A stretch of DNA of 64,000 nucleotides from Candidatus Nealsonbacteria bacterium (GTDB taxonomy: Bacteria; Patescibacteriota; Minisyncoccia; Minisyncoccales; CAZKCU01). The notes beneath the pieces were generated by a model. The model was not told the DNA's origin and made no database searches. It saw nothing but the letters and a program-made list of their open reading frames with translations. How positions within the stretch are numbered: the first letter of the stretch is position 1; each line of letters begins with the position of its first letter. A program made the position numbers and the translations under genes. Location of the stretch: assembly GCA_047456305.1 (NCBI GenBank), contig CP179888.1:317307-381306 (forward strand), written 5' to 3'. This document shows positions 28,602-36,765 of this stretch, piece after piece.

Positions 28602-30151
28602 AAGAAGAGAAGCAATTAAATTATGTAATTGGAGTTGACGGTGGAGGGGTAAAAACAGTGGCTGTCCTATCTGATTTAAAGGGGAAAATTTTAGCTAAGG
28701 CAAAGTCAGGTCCCTCTAGTTTTATTAAAGTAGGGATTAAAGAAACTATATTGAATATCACTAAAGCCATTGAAAAAATTCTAAAAAAGAATAAAAAAGG
28801 TAAAATCCTTTCAACTTTTATTGCTTTAGCCGCCGTAGAAGAAAACAAAGAAATGGGTAGGGAAATAAAAAGGATACTTTCTCGGCAATCGAAACTTTCT
28901 GAAATTTTTAAGGGCAAGGTAGTAGTTGGAAGTGACCAGATTGCAGCATTTAGGTCGGCCACAGATAAAAAAGAAGGAGTGGTTTTAATTTCCGGTGCTG
29001 GATGTTCTGCCCACGGATGGCGAAGGAATAAAGAATTTAAAACCAGCGGCTGGGGCTATCTTAACGATGAGGGTTCGGCTTTTTGGATTGGCCAGGAGGG
29101 CTTTAGAGCAGTTTATAAAGACTTAGATAGACGGGGCCCAAAAACACTGATTACTAAATTAATTTTCCGGAAACTGAAAATAAAGAACATAGAAGACTTA
29201 AAGAAAAAGGTTTATACCCCAGATTTAATTAAAACCATTCTTTCATTTTCAATTTTAGTTGCAAAAGCATCTAAAAGGAATGACAAGGTTGCAAAAAATA
29301 TATTAATCAAAGCTGGAAATGAATTAGCCTTAGCGGCAAATACAGTAATTAAAAAACTTAATTTTCAAAAGGAAAAGTTTTCTTTTATTTTAGTCGGTGG
29401 TATGTTTAAATCAAAGTTTATTTTAGATATTGTTAAAAGAGAGATTAAAAAAGTAGCTCCAAAAGTTCAATTTATTCAACCAAAAATAGAGCCAGTAATT
29501 GGTGCTCTGAAATTAGCCCAAAAAAAGCTTTCCAAAGCTAAGATGAGAGAATTGGGGGTCATTTCGAAAAATTTAGATTCAATAATGAAAATGGCAGAAA
29601 AATCTATTAAGGAAGGAGAGGTCGTGATTTGCCCCACTGATACGGTTTATGGATTGATATCTGATGCGACAAACGAGAAGGCAGTTAAAAAACTTTTTAA
29701 AATAAAAAAGAGATCAGTCCTCAAACCTATCCCTATTTTTGTTAAAGATATGAAAATGGCAAAAAAGTTTGCCCATATCAACAAAAAACAAGAAGAATTT
29801 TTAAAAAAAGTTTGGCCGGGAAAAGTAACTGTAGTTTTAAAAAGGAGAAAGAAAAAAATAAAATTATTTGGAGTTGCTAAAGATACAATTGCTCTCCGAA
29901 TTCCAAAATATAAATTAATTAATGAATTGCTTAAAAAACTAAATTGTCCTTTAACTGGCACCTCAGCTAACATTTCAGGGAAACCTGCTTCAACCAAAAT
30001 AAAAATAGTTACTTTTCAATTTAAAAATCAGAAATTTCTGCCAGATTTAGTTTTAAATAGCGGTAATTTAAGAAAAAGTTCGCCTTCTACAGTTATTGAT
30101 TTAACAAAAAAGAAACCGAAGATATTAAGAAAAGGGGAAATAATACCTTAA
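28598..30151 (+). CDS. fusion protein: BadF/BadG/BcrA/BcrD-type ATPase (GlcNAc-kinase-like) plus YrdC/Sua5 (TsaC) domain
   Basis: N-terminal half has VIGVDGGGVKT, ISGAGCS, GWGYLNDEGSAFWIG; C-terminal about 190 aa has ICPTDTVYGL..KIKKR..KPIPIFV..GTSANISG. Confidence 0.7.
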   Translation: MKEEKQLNYVIGVDGGGVKTVAVLSDLKGKILAKAKSGPSSFIKVGIKETILNITKAIEKILKKNKKGKILSTFIALAAVEENKEMGREIKRILSRQSKLSEIFKGKVVVGSDQIAAFRSATDKKEGVVLISGAGCSAHGWRRNKEFKTSGWGYLNDEGSAFWIGQEGFRAVYKDLDRRGPKTLITKLIFRKLKIKNIEDLKKKVYTPDLIKTILSFSILVAKASKRNDKVAKNILIKAGNELALAANTVIKKLNFQKEKFSFILVGGMFKSKFILDIVKREIKKVAPKVQFIQPKIEPVIGALKLAQKKLSKAKMRELGVISKNLDSIMKMAEKSIKEGEVVICPTDTVYGLISDATNEKAVKKLFKIKKRSVLKPIPIFVKDMKMAKKFAHINKKQEEFLKKVWPGKVTVVLKRRKKKIKLFGVAKDTIALRIPKYKLINELLKKLNCPLTGTSANISGKPASTKIKIVTFQFKNQKFLPDLVLNSGNLRKSSPSTVIDLTKKKPKILRKGEIIP

Positions 30152-30185
30152 TGAATTTTTACTAAACTATTTTTTCTAAAAAATT

Positions 30186-31424
30186 ATGAACATCAAAGAA
30201 ATCAAAAAAGTAGATAGAGAAATTGAAGAACTTATTAAAAAGGAGACAAGAAGGCAACAAGACTCCTTAGATTTAATTGCCTCGGAAAACTATCCCTCAA
30301 AAGCTGTTAGAGAAGCTCTAACTTCAATTTTCATTGCTAAATACGCCGAAGGAAGGTCCCATAAAAGATATTACGGAGGAATGGAAAACATTGATAAATT
30401 GGAAACCTTAGTTGAAGAAAGGGTAAGAAAAGTTTTTGGTTTAGATTCTAAAAATTGGGCAGTTAATGTTCAGCCCTCTTCGGGTGCACCAGCGAACTAC
30501 GAGATTTTACGAGGCCTTTTAAAATTAAATGATAAATTTTTATGCCTATATTTACCTCACGGTGGACATTTAAGTCAAGGAGGCAAAGCATCTTTAACTG
30601 GTCAAGATTTTAGACCTATTTATTATTACCTGGATAAAGATGGTTTTTTAAATTACAAAGAAATTGAAAAATTAGCTATAAAAGAAAAGCCAAAATTGAT
30701 TATTTGTGGTTTTACTGCTTATCCCAGGAAGGCCGACTTTAAAAAATTTGCCAAAATTGCTAAAAAAGTTGGGGCTTATCTTTTAGCCGACACCTCTCAT
30801 ATTACTGGTTTAATTATTGGTGGAGTTCATCCAAGTCCATTTCCTTTTGCTGATGTAGTAATGACTACAACCCATAAAACTTTAAGGGGACCAAGGGGAG
30901 CAATTATTATTTGTAAAAGAAAATTAGAAAACAAAATTTTTCCAAAAGTTTTCCCGGGATTACAAGGAGGTCCTCACCAACATACAATTTGTGCCATTGG
31001 AGTAGCTTTGAAAGAAGCAATGACTCCTGGTTTTAAAAAATATACTAGACAGATTGTTAAAAATACTAAAGCTCTAGCAGCAGGACTTAAAAAATACAAT
31101 TTTAATTTAATTTCTGGTGGCACCGATAACCATTTAGTTTTAGTTGATTTAAGAAACAAAAATATTACTGGTAAACCTGCCCAGGAGTTACTGGAAAAAG
31201 CCGGAATAGTTACCAATAGAAACACTATTCCTTATGATCCTCGCCCTCCCTATAATCCTTCGGGAATCAGGTTAGGCACTCCAGCAATAACTACTCGAGG
31301 GATGAAAGAAAAAGAGATGAAAAAGATTGCCTTTTGGATTAATAAGGTGATTTCAAGCCCAAAATCTTCTCTAAAAATAAAGAAAGAAGTTAAAAAGCTC
31401 TGTCAAAAATTTCCAATTCCATAG
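30186..31424 (+). CDS. glyA: serine hydroxymethyltransferase
   Basis: 412 aa; LIASENY, TTTHKTLRGPRG PLP-lysine motif. Confidence 0.95.
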   Translation: MNIKEIKKVDREIEELIKKETRRQQDSLDLIASENYPSKAVREALTSIFIAKYAEGRSHKRYYGGMENIDKLETLVEERVRKVFGLDSKNWAVNVQPSSGAPANYEILRGLLKLNDKFLCLYLPHGGHLSQGGKASLTGQDFRPIYYYLDKDGFLNYKEIEKLAIKEKPKLIICGFTAYPRKADFKKFAKIAKKVGAYLLADTSHITGLIIGGVHPSPFPFADVVMTTTHKTLRGPRGAIIICKRKLENKIFPKVFPGLQGGPHQHTICAIGVALKEAMTPGFKKYTRQIVKNTKALAAGLKKYNFNLISGGTDNHLVLVDLRNKNITGKPAQELLEKAGIVTNRNTIPYDPRPPYNPSGIRLGTPAITTRGMKEKEMKKIAFWINKVISSPKSSLKIKKEVKKLCQKFPIP

Positions 31425-31439
31425 TTTTTAATTAACATT

Positions 31440-32315
31440 ATGGCGAAAATCCTCGATGGTAAAAAATTATCTGAAGAAATTTTAGAGAATCTTAAAAAAG
31501 ATTACAACCCGTCCACCGCGTCCTCCCACCCGCCGAAGGGCGGGAGGGCCCCTATTAAAAAGAGGAAATTGAAGTTAAGATTGGCAGTAGTCCAAGTTGG
31601 AGAAAACCCAGTTTCTAAAATTTTTATCAATCAGAAAGAAAAAGCCTGTGAAAAAGTTGGCATTGATTTTAAGCTATTTAAATTTTCAACAAAAGCCAAA
31701 ACTCAAAAATTAAAAAAAGAAATTGGGGGAATTATTAAAAATTCAAGCAATTCAGGGGTAGTTATCCAATTACCTTTACCTAAAAAATTTTTGATAGAAG
31801 AATTTTTAAATTTAATTCCAGAAGAAAAAGATATTGATGTTCTATCTGAAAAAAGTTTAGGAAAATTTTATCAAGGGACATTGCCAATTCTCCCGCCAAC
31901 TGTCAGCGGGATTTTCCGTCTTTTAAAAAGTTATCAAATAAAAGTAAAAGGTAAAAACGTTGTTATTGTGGGTGCTGGAAGATTAATTGGTAACCCTTTA
32001 GTCCTCAGGCTTTTACAGCAAGAAGCAACCATTTCAGTTCTTAATGAATTTACAAAAGATACTCCTTCTTTTACAAAAAAAGCCGATATTTTAATTTCTG
32101 GAGTAGGCAAACCTGATTTAATTACCGGGAAGATGGTTAAAAAAGGAGTGGTGGTAATTGATGCCGGAACCTTTATTAAGAAAGGCAGGTTAGTGGGCGA
32201 TGTTAATTTTAAATCAGTTTCCAAAAAAGCAAGCTATATTACCCCGGTCCCTGGCGGTGTAGGACCAATGACCGTAGCCTGCCTAATTGAAAATTTGGTG
32301 AAACTTAATTTATGA
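31440..32315 (+). CDS. folD: bifunctional methylenetetrahydrofolate dehydrogenase/cyclohydrolase
   Basis: ILDGK start, VVQVGENPVS, VVIVGAGRLIGNP, PVPGGVGPMT motifs. Confidence 0.9.
   Translation: MAKILDGKKLSEEILENLKKDYNPSTASSHPPKGGRAPIKKRKLKLRLAVVQVGENPVSKIFINQKEKACEKVGIDFKLFKFSTKAKTQKLKKEIGGIIKNSSNSGVVIQLPLPKKFLIEEFLNLIPEEKDIDVLSEKSLGKFYQGTLPILPPTVSGIFRLLKSYQIKVKGKNVVIVGAGRLIGNPLVLRLLQQEATISVLNEFTKDTPSFTKKADILISGVGKPDLITGKMVKKGVVVIDAGTFIKKGRLVGDVNFKSVSKKASYITPVPGGVGPMTVACLIENLVKLNL
31507..31553 (+). repeat. GC-rich imperfect hairpin carried in frame inside folD
   Basis: CCCGTCCACCGCGTCCTCCCACCCGCC GAAG GGCGGGAGGGCCCC; translated NPSTASSHPPKGGRAP; composition contrasts sharply with the AT-rich flanks. 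Confidence 0.65.
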
Positions 32316-32884
32316 ATTTGGATTTCTTTTTATTTCAACAAATTAATAGTCTTGCTGGAAAATGGTTATGGCTCGATAGTTTGAGTATTTATTTTGCTGA
32401 ACATTTCGAGCATGTTTTATGGTTCATTCTTTTTTTGTTTTTACTGAAAAATTACAAACCGTTCGCTCAGCTCCCTGTAATCCCGCGATTAAAGAAAAAA
32501 TACTGGCCGATGATAATTCAGGCTTTTGGGGCAGCAATTTTAGCAAGATTAGTTGTTGTTAATTTTATTCGCTGGCTTTGGCCAAGACCCAGACCATTTA
32601 TTGAAAACACTGTTAATTTGCTCCTATCTCATAAGGCAGCTTCTTTTCCTTCTGGTCATGCTGCCTTTTATTTTGCTATATCTACGGTTGTTTATTTTTA
32701 CAATAAAAAAGCTGGCATCGGATTTTTTGTTGCCAGTTTTTTAATTTCTATTTCCCGAGTGATTTGTGGAATTCACTGGCCATCTGATATTTTGGTTGGA
32801 GCTTTGATTGGAATTTTTTCTGCTTGGTTGATTATTCTTTTTTTTCAGCGATTTTTCTCAACCTCATCGAAACAATCACTATAA
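32312..32884 (+). CDS. PAP2 family phosphatase (undecaprenyl-diphosphatase-like)
   Basis: 190 aa, about 5 TM segments; PSGH and SRV..G.H..SD PAP2 motifs. Confidence 0.7.
   Translation: MNLDFFLFQQINSLAGKWLWLDSLSIYFAEHFEHVLWFILFLFLLKNYKPFAQLPVIPRLKKKYWPMIIQAFGAAILARLVVVNFIRWLWPRPRPFIENTVNLLLSHKAASFPSGHAAFYFAISTVVYFYNKKAGIGFFVASFLISISRVICGIHWPSDILVGALIGIFSAWLIILFFQRFFSTSSKQSL
32457..32494 (+). repeat. Family B repeat, copy B5, in frame inside PAP2 gene
   Basis: AACCGTTCGCTCAGCTCCCTGTAATCCCGCGATTAAAG aligns with B1 apart from an internal deletion; translated KPFAQLPVIPRLK. Confidence 0.65.
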
Positions 32885-33107
32885 TAATTGTAACTATTAT
32901 TGCATAAAGAAATTTTCCAATTAATTCATTACTTTTCTCAAAAAAAGTCTCAAACAAACTTTTTATTGCCTCGTTCCAGGCCAAAGCTGCCACTAATCCA
33001 AACCCGCCCAAAATTAAAGTAATTGTTTTTTCTTTAAATTCTCTTTTTGTTTCCCCAATCTCCTTCAATGGTTTTATGTTTTTGATTTTATTTATTGGAG
33101 ATTTCAT
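32832..33107 (-). CDS. small two-TM membrane protein
   Basis: 91 aa with two hydrophobic helices; its 3' end overlaps the PAP2 3' end convergently by 53 nt. Confidence 0.4.
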   Translation of the reverse strand: MKSPINKIKNIKPLKEIGETKREFKEKTITLILGGFGLVAALAWNEAIKSLFETFFEKSNELIGKFLYAIIVTIIIVIVSMRLRKIAEKKE

Positions 33108-33264
33108 AATTTAAAATAGTAGTTAAAATTCCACGATTATATTATTATATAAAAAGATCGATTTTTAAGCAAGGGTTCCGGGAAGCCGTCCCGGAGGTGC
33201 TATTTTTAAGTAAAGCCCGCCCAAGTATTATCCGAGCGGGTTATTTTTTATGGTGGCCTTCTGT

Positions 33265-33624
33265 CTATGAGAGTTTAAGGCCCTCAACTTTTGCAGGGTC
33301 GAGAGTGTTCTCATTATTTAGCGGAAACAGAGTTACTTTTTCACTAGTGAAGTGAGGAGTAAGGATAAGCTGGCCGCGGATTATTGATATACGATAAAGT
33401 TTCAAATTTCTTACATATCCGCAAGAGGCAAATATATCCTCCTTTACCCATTTATTTCCTTCTTTTTTTGCCAACCATTCGCACTGGATCAGAAGCGTAT
33501 TATTCCTAATGATGGCATTTTTAATTCTGCCTTGGTATAAATAACTTCTGTCTTTATTCTGGTCTTTATTCTGAATTTTTATATCACCTACAAATTCTGT
33601 AAGTATTTCATTGGTAAGGTTCAT
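33265..33624 (-). CDS. hypothetical protein (119 aa)
   Basis: ORF preceded by a strong SD (GAAGGAGGG, 4 nt before ATG); no recognisable motif; adjacent to tRNA-Leu. Confidence 0.4.
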   Translation of the reverse strand: MNLTNEILTEFVGDIKIQNKDQNKDRSYLYQGRIKNAIIRNNTLLIQCEWLAKKEGNKWVKEDIFASCGYVRNLKLYRISIIRGQLILTPHFTSEKVTLFPLNNENTLDPAKVEGLKLS

Positions 33625-33692
33625 AACTTCCCTCCTTCGTTATGCTATTAAATGTCTTTTATTATATTAGCAAATTGATTTTTTAAAAATTG

Positions 33693-33776
33693 TGCCGGAG
33701 GTGGGACTTGAACCCACAAGCCCTTGCGGACAGTAGATTTTGAATCTACCCTGTTTTCCAATTTCAGCACTCCGGC
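33693..33776 (-). tRNA. tRNA-Leu (anticodon CAA), class II with long variable arm
   Basis: Reverse complement GCCGGAG..CTCCGGCA acceptor stem; anticodon stem-loop GTAGA-TTCAAAA-TCTAC; variable arm GTCCGCAAGGGCTTGT; T-arm GTGGGTTCAAGTCCCAC; CCA not encoded. Confidence 0.9.
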
Positions 33777-33791
33777 AAGTACTTTATTCTT

Positions 33792-35906
33792 TTATTTTGC
33801 CATATTTTTCTCGAAATTGCAATCTTTGTCGGAACACTTAATTTTCCTCCCTTTTTCTACCAAAAGTGAGCCGCATTTTGGGCATTTTTTTCCTGTTGGC
33901 TTATCCCATAAGGCAAAATCACATTTTGGCCATTGATTGCAGCCATAAAAGATTTTTTTCTTTTTAGTTCTTTTTTCAACTATCTCACCCTTTTTACATT
34001 TTGGGCATTTAATTCCCAATTTCTTTTTTTCAAAAGGTTCAGTATATTTACATTTAGGAAAGCGAGAGCAGCCATAGAATTTTCCGAATTTCCCCAGCCG
34101 AATTAAAAGTTGGGCTTTGCATTCTGGACAGATTTTTTCGGTTTTTTCAGTTAAAACCTTTTTTGAAACCTCCTGATATTTTTGTTTTAGGTTTTTTTCG
34201 AAAGGATTGTAAAAATCTCTTATAACCTGAACCCATTTTTCTTTCCCTTGGGCAATTTTATCTAAATCCTCTTCCATTAGGGCGGTAAATTTAATATCAA
34301 CAATTTTTGGGAAGTGTTCTACCAAAATATCGTTCACTACTGTTCCAATTTCAGTTGGTTGAAAGCGCTTCTCTGTATTTTTCTCAATATAATTTCTTTC
34401 TTGAACTGTAGATAAAATGGGGGCATAAGTTGAGGGTCTGCCAATACCATTTTCTTCCAAAGCCTTAATTAGAGTAGCTTCACTGTATCGAGGAGGAGGC
34501 TGAGTAAAGTGCTGGGAAGGAATTAATTTTATAAGTTCTAAAATTTCATTTATCTCTAAAAGTGGCAATTCAGTCTCCTCATATCTTATTGGATATATTT
34601 TTAGAAATCCATCAAACTTCAAGACCTGGCCAGTAGCTTTAAAAGTGTAATTTTTAGCGCCAATATCAATAGTCGTTGAGTCAAGAACAGCTTGACTCAT
34701 CTGACAAGCAATAAATCTTCGCCAGATAAGATCGTAAAGCCGAAACTGCCTCTTGTCTAATTTTGCTTTAATTTTTAAATTTTCAGGAGTTTTCTCAGGA
34801 TAGGTCGGCCTTATTGCCTCATGAGCTTCCTGGGCCCTTTTAATTTTTGTTTTATATCTTCTTAAAAAACCAGCCCAATATTCTTTGCCATAACTCTCAA
34901 TGATAAATTTTCTGGCAGCAAATAAAGATAAATCAGAGAGATTCAGAGAATCGGTTCGATGGTAACTCGTGTATCCCCTTTCATAAAGTTGTTGTGCCAC
35001 TTGCATTGTTAGCCTTGCCGGCCAGTGAAACCTTTTCCAGGTTTCCTGTTGTAAGGTGCTGGTGCTAAATGGCGGTAGGGGATTCCTTTTCACTTCCTTT
35101 CTTTCAATATTGATTACTTTGTATACACAAGCTCGGCGAAGCCGAGCGCAGCGTGAAGATGAAGCGTTAGCTTCATCGACTTCAGCTTTTTCTAAATCTT
35201 TAACAATTTTATCTGCTTCTTTTTTAATTTTAATTCCAAGTTTTGGAATAGTTTCCCCATCTCTTTTAATTAAAATAGCTTCAAGTTGCGGAGAACCGTT
35301 CTCTGTAATTTTCTTAAGTTGGGCGGCAATTGTCCAGTATTCTTGGGGTACAAAATTTTTAATTTCTCTTTCCCTTTCTACAACCAGACGAACTGCTACT
35401 GACTGAACTCTTCCAGCTGACAGGCGTCGAGCCACCTTTTTCCATAAAAAAGGGGATAATTTATAACCAACAATTCTATCTAAAATTCTTCTCGTTTGTT
35501 GAGCATCAACCAAATTTAAATCAATTTTTCTTGGATTCTTTAATGCCTCCTCAATAGCAGATTTTGTAATCTCATGAAAAACAATTCTTTGATAAGGTTT
35601 TTGGCCATTTAGATTTAAAATCTTGGTCAAATGCCAGGCAATACTTTCGCCCTCTCTGTCCGGATCGGTACTTACTATTACTAAATCTGCTTTCTCCACC
35701 TCTTTTTTTAAAACCTGAATTATCTTTCTTGATTTGGGAGGAATAACATATTTAGGTTTAAAGTTATGTTCAACATCAATCCCAAATTCACCCTTAGGCA
35801 AATCTCTGATGTGACCATAGGAAGAAAGAACCCGATATTTAGGGCCTAAAAATCCTTGAAGTGTTTTTGATTTCGTTGGTGACTCAACTACTACGATTAA
35901 TTGCAT
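33792..35906 (-). CDS. topA: DNA topoisomerase I
   Basis: 704 aa; Toprim (VVVESPTKSKT), active-site region YTSYHRTDS, C-terminal C4 zinc-ribbon repeats. Confidence 0.95.
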   Translation of the reverse strand: MQLIVVVESPTKSKTLQGFLGPKYRVLSSYGHIRDLPKGEFGIDVEHNFKPKYVIPPKSRKIIQVLKKEVEKADLVIVSTDPDREGESIAWHLTKILNLNGQKPYQRIVFHEITKSAIEEALKNPRKIDLNLVDAQQTRRILDRIVGYKLSPFLWKKVARRLSAGRVQSVAVRLVVEREREIKNFVPQEYWTIAAQLKKITENGSPQLEAILIKRDGETIPKLGIKIKKEADKIVKDLEKAEVDEANASSSRCARLRRACVYKVINIERKEVKRNPLPPFSTSTLQQETWKRFHWPARLTMQVAQQLYERGYTSYHRTDSLNLSDLSLFAARKFIIESYGKEYWAGFLRRYKTKIKRAQEAHEAIRPTYPEKTPENLKIKAKLDKRQFRLYDLIWRRFIACQMSQAVLDSTTIDIGAKNYTFKATGQVLKFDGFLKIYPIRYEETELPLLEINEILELIKLIPSQHFTQPPPRYSEATLIKALEENGIGRPSTYAPILSTVQERNYIEKNTEKRFQPTEIGTVVNDILVEHFPKIVDIKFTALMEEDLDKIAQGKEKWVQVIRDFYNPFEKNLKQKYQEVSKKVLTEKTEKICPECKAQLLIRLGKFGKFYGCSRFPKCKYTEPFEKKKLGIKCPKCKKGEIVEKRTKKKKIFYGCNQWPKCDFALWDKPTGKKCPKCGSLLVEKGRKIKCSDKDCNFEKNMAK
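35129..35180 (-). repeat. Family A repeat, copy A6, in frame inside topA (forward relative to the mRNA)
   Basis: + strand AAGCTCGG CGAAG CCGAGC-GCA-GCGTGAA-GATGAAGC GTTA GCTTCATC-GAC; translated (minus strand) EVDEANASSSRCARLRRAC. Confidence 0.7.
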
Positions 35907-36753
35907 AAATATTTCTTCCTAAATTCCTTACTTTATCTTTTATTTCCAAAATAGCAAGGGTGCTGGCTACAATAGAAGCCGGAAGTTTTGTTTTTTCAAT
36001 AATTTTATCAATGTCTAAAGCCCCTTCCTTTAAAGTAGCCAAAATTAAATTTTCTTCCTTATTTTCACCTACTACGTTGCCGGGTTTCGTAATTTCGAGA
36101 AGGTTTAGCTCTTTTAGAATGTCGTTGGCATTTTCGACTAATTTCGCACCATTTTTGATTAAATAATGAGGGCCTTTTGAATTTAAAGAATGGATTAGAC
36201 CAGGAACGGCAAAAATTTTTCTTCCTTGTTTCTTAGCCCAGTCTGCCGTAATTAAAGCTCCTGATTTTTGTTTAGCTTCCACAACTAAAACTCCAAAAGA
36301 AAGACCAGAAATTATCCGATTTCTCTGGGGAAAAGTGAATTTTGACCCAGGAGTTCCCGAAGGATATTCGGAAATTAAACACCCTCCGGTTTCTAAAATC
36401 CTTTGAGCTAATTTTAAATTCGACTGGGGATAAATACTTTTTTCATCAAGCCCGGTACCTAAAACAGCAATCGTTCTTTTGTTTCTTTCAACTGTTGCTG
36501 TATGAGCGAAAGTATCAATTCCTGGTGCTAATCCTGAAACAATAATTAATCCTGCTTCAGCTAAATCTCCAGCAATTTCTAAAGCTACCTGTTTCCCGTA
36601 AGGAGAGCACATTCTGGTTCCAACTATGGCAAAACATTGCTCATGGGGATTGAGTTCTCCCCTAACATAAAGAATCTCCGGAGGGTTAATAATTTTTTTG
36701 AGAAGCTCAAAGTATTTTTTATCTTTAATAGTTATGGTTTTAATCTCGTCCAT
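35884..36753 (-). CDS. dprA: DNA processing protein DprA
   Basis: 289 aa; VGTRMCSPYG, SGLAPGIDTFAH, Rossmann-like DprA core. Confidence 0.9.
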   Translation of the reverse strand: MDEIKTITIKDKKYFELLKKIINPPEILYVRGELNPHEQCFAIVGTRMCSPYGKQVALEIAGDLAEAGLIIVSGLAPGIDTFAHTATVERNKRTIAVLGTGLDEKSIYPQSNLKLAQRILETGGCLISEYPSGTPGSKFTFPQRNRIISGLSFGVLVVEAKQKSGALITADWAKKQGRKIFAVPGLIHSLNSKGPHYLIKNGAKLVENANDILKELNLLEITKPGNVVGENKEENLILATLKEGALDIDKIIEKTKLPASIVASTLAILEIKDKVRNLGRNIYAINRSS

Positions 36754-36765
36754 TTTTAGAGTTTA

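Noticed and set aside
33724-33936. 70-aa + strand ORF.
   Set aside because: It overlaps the tRNA-Leu gene and the 3' end of topA on the opposite strand, so it is a spurious shadow ORF.
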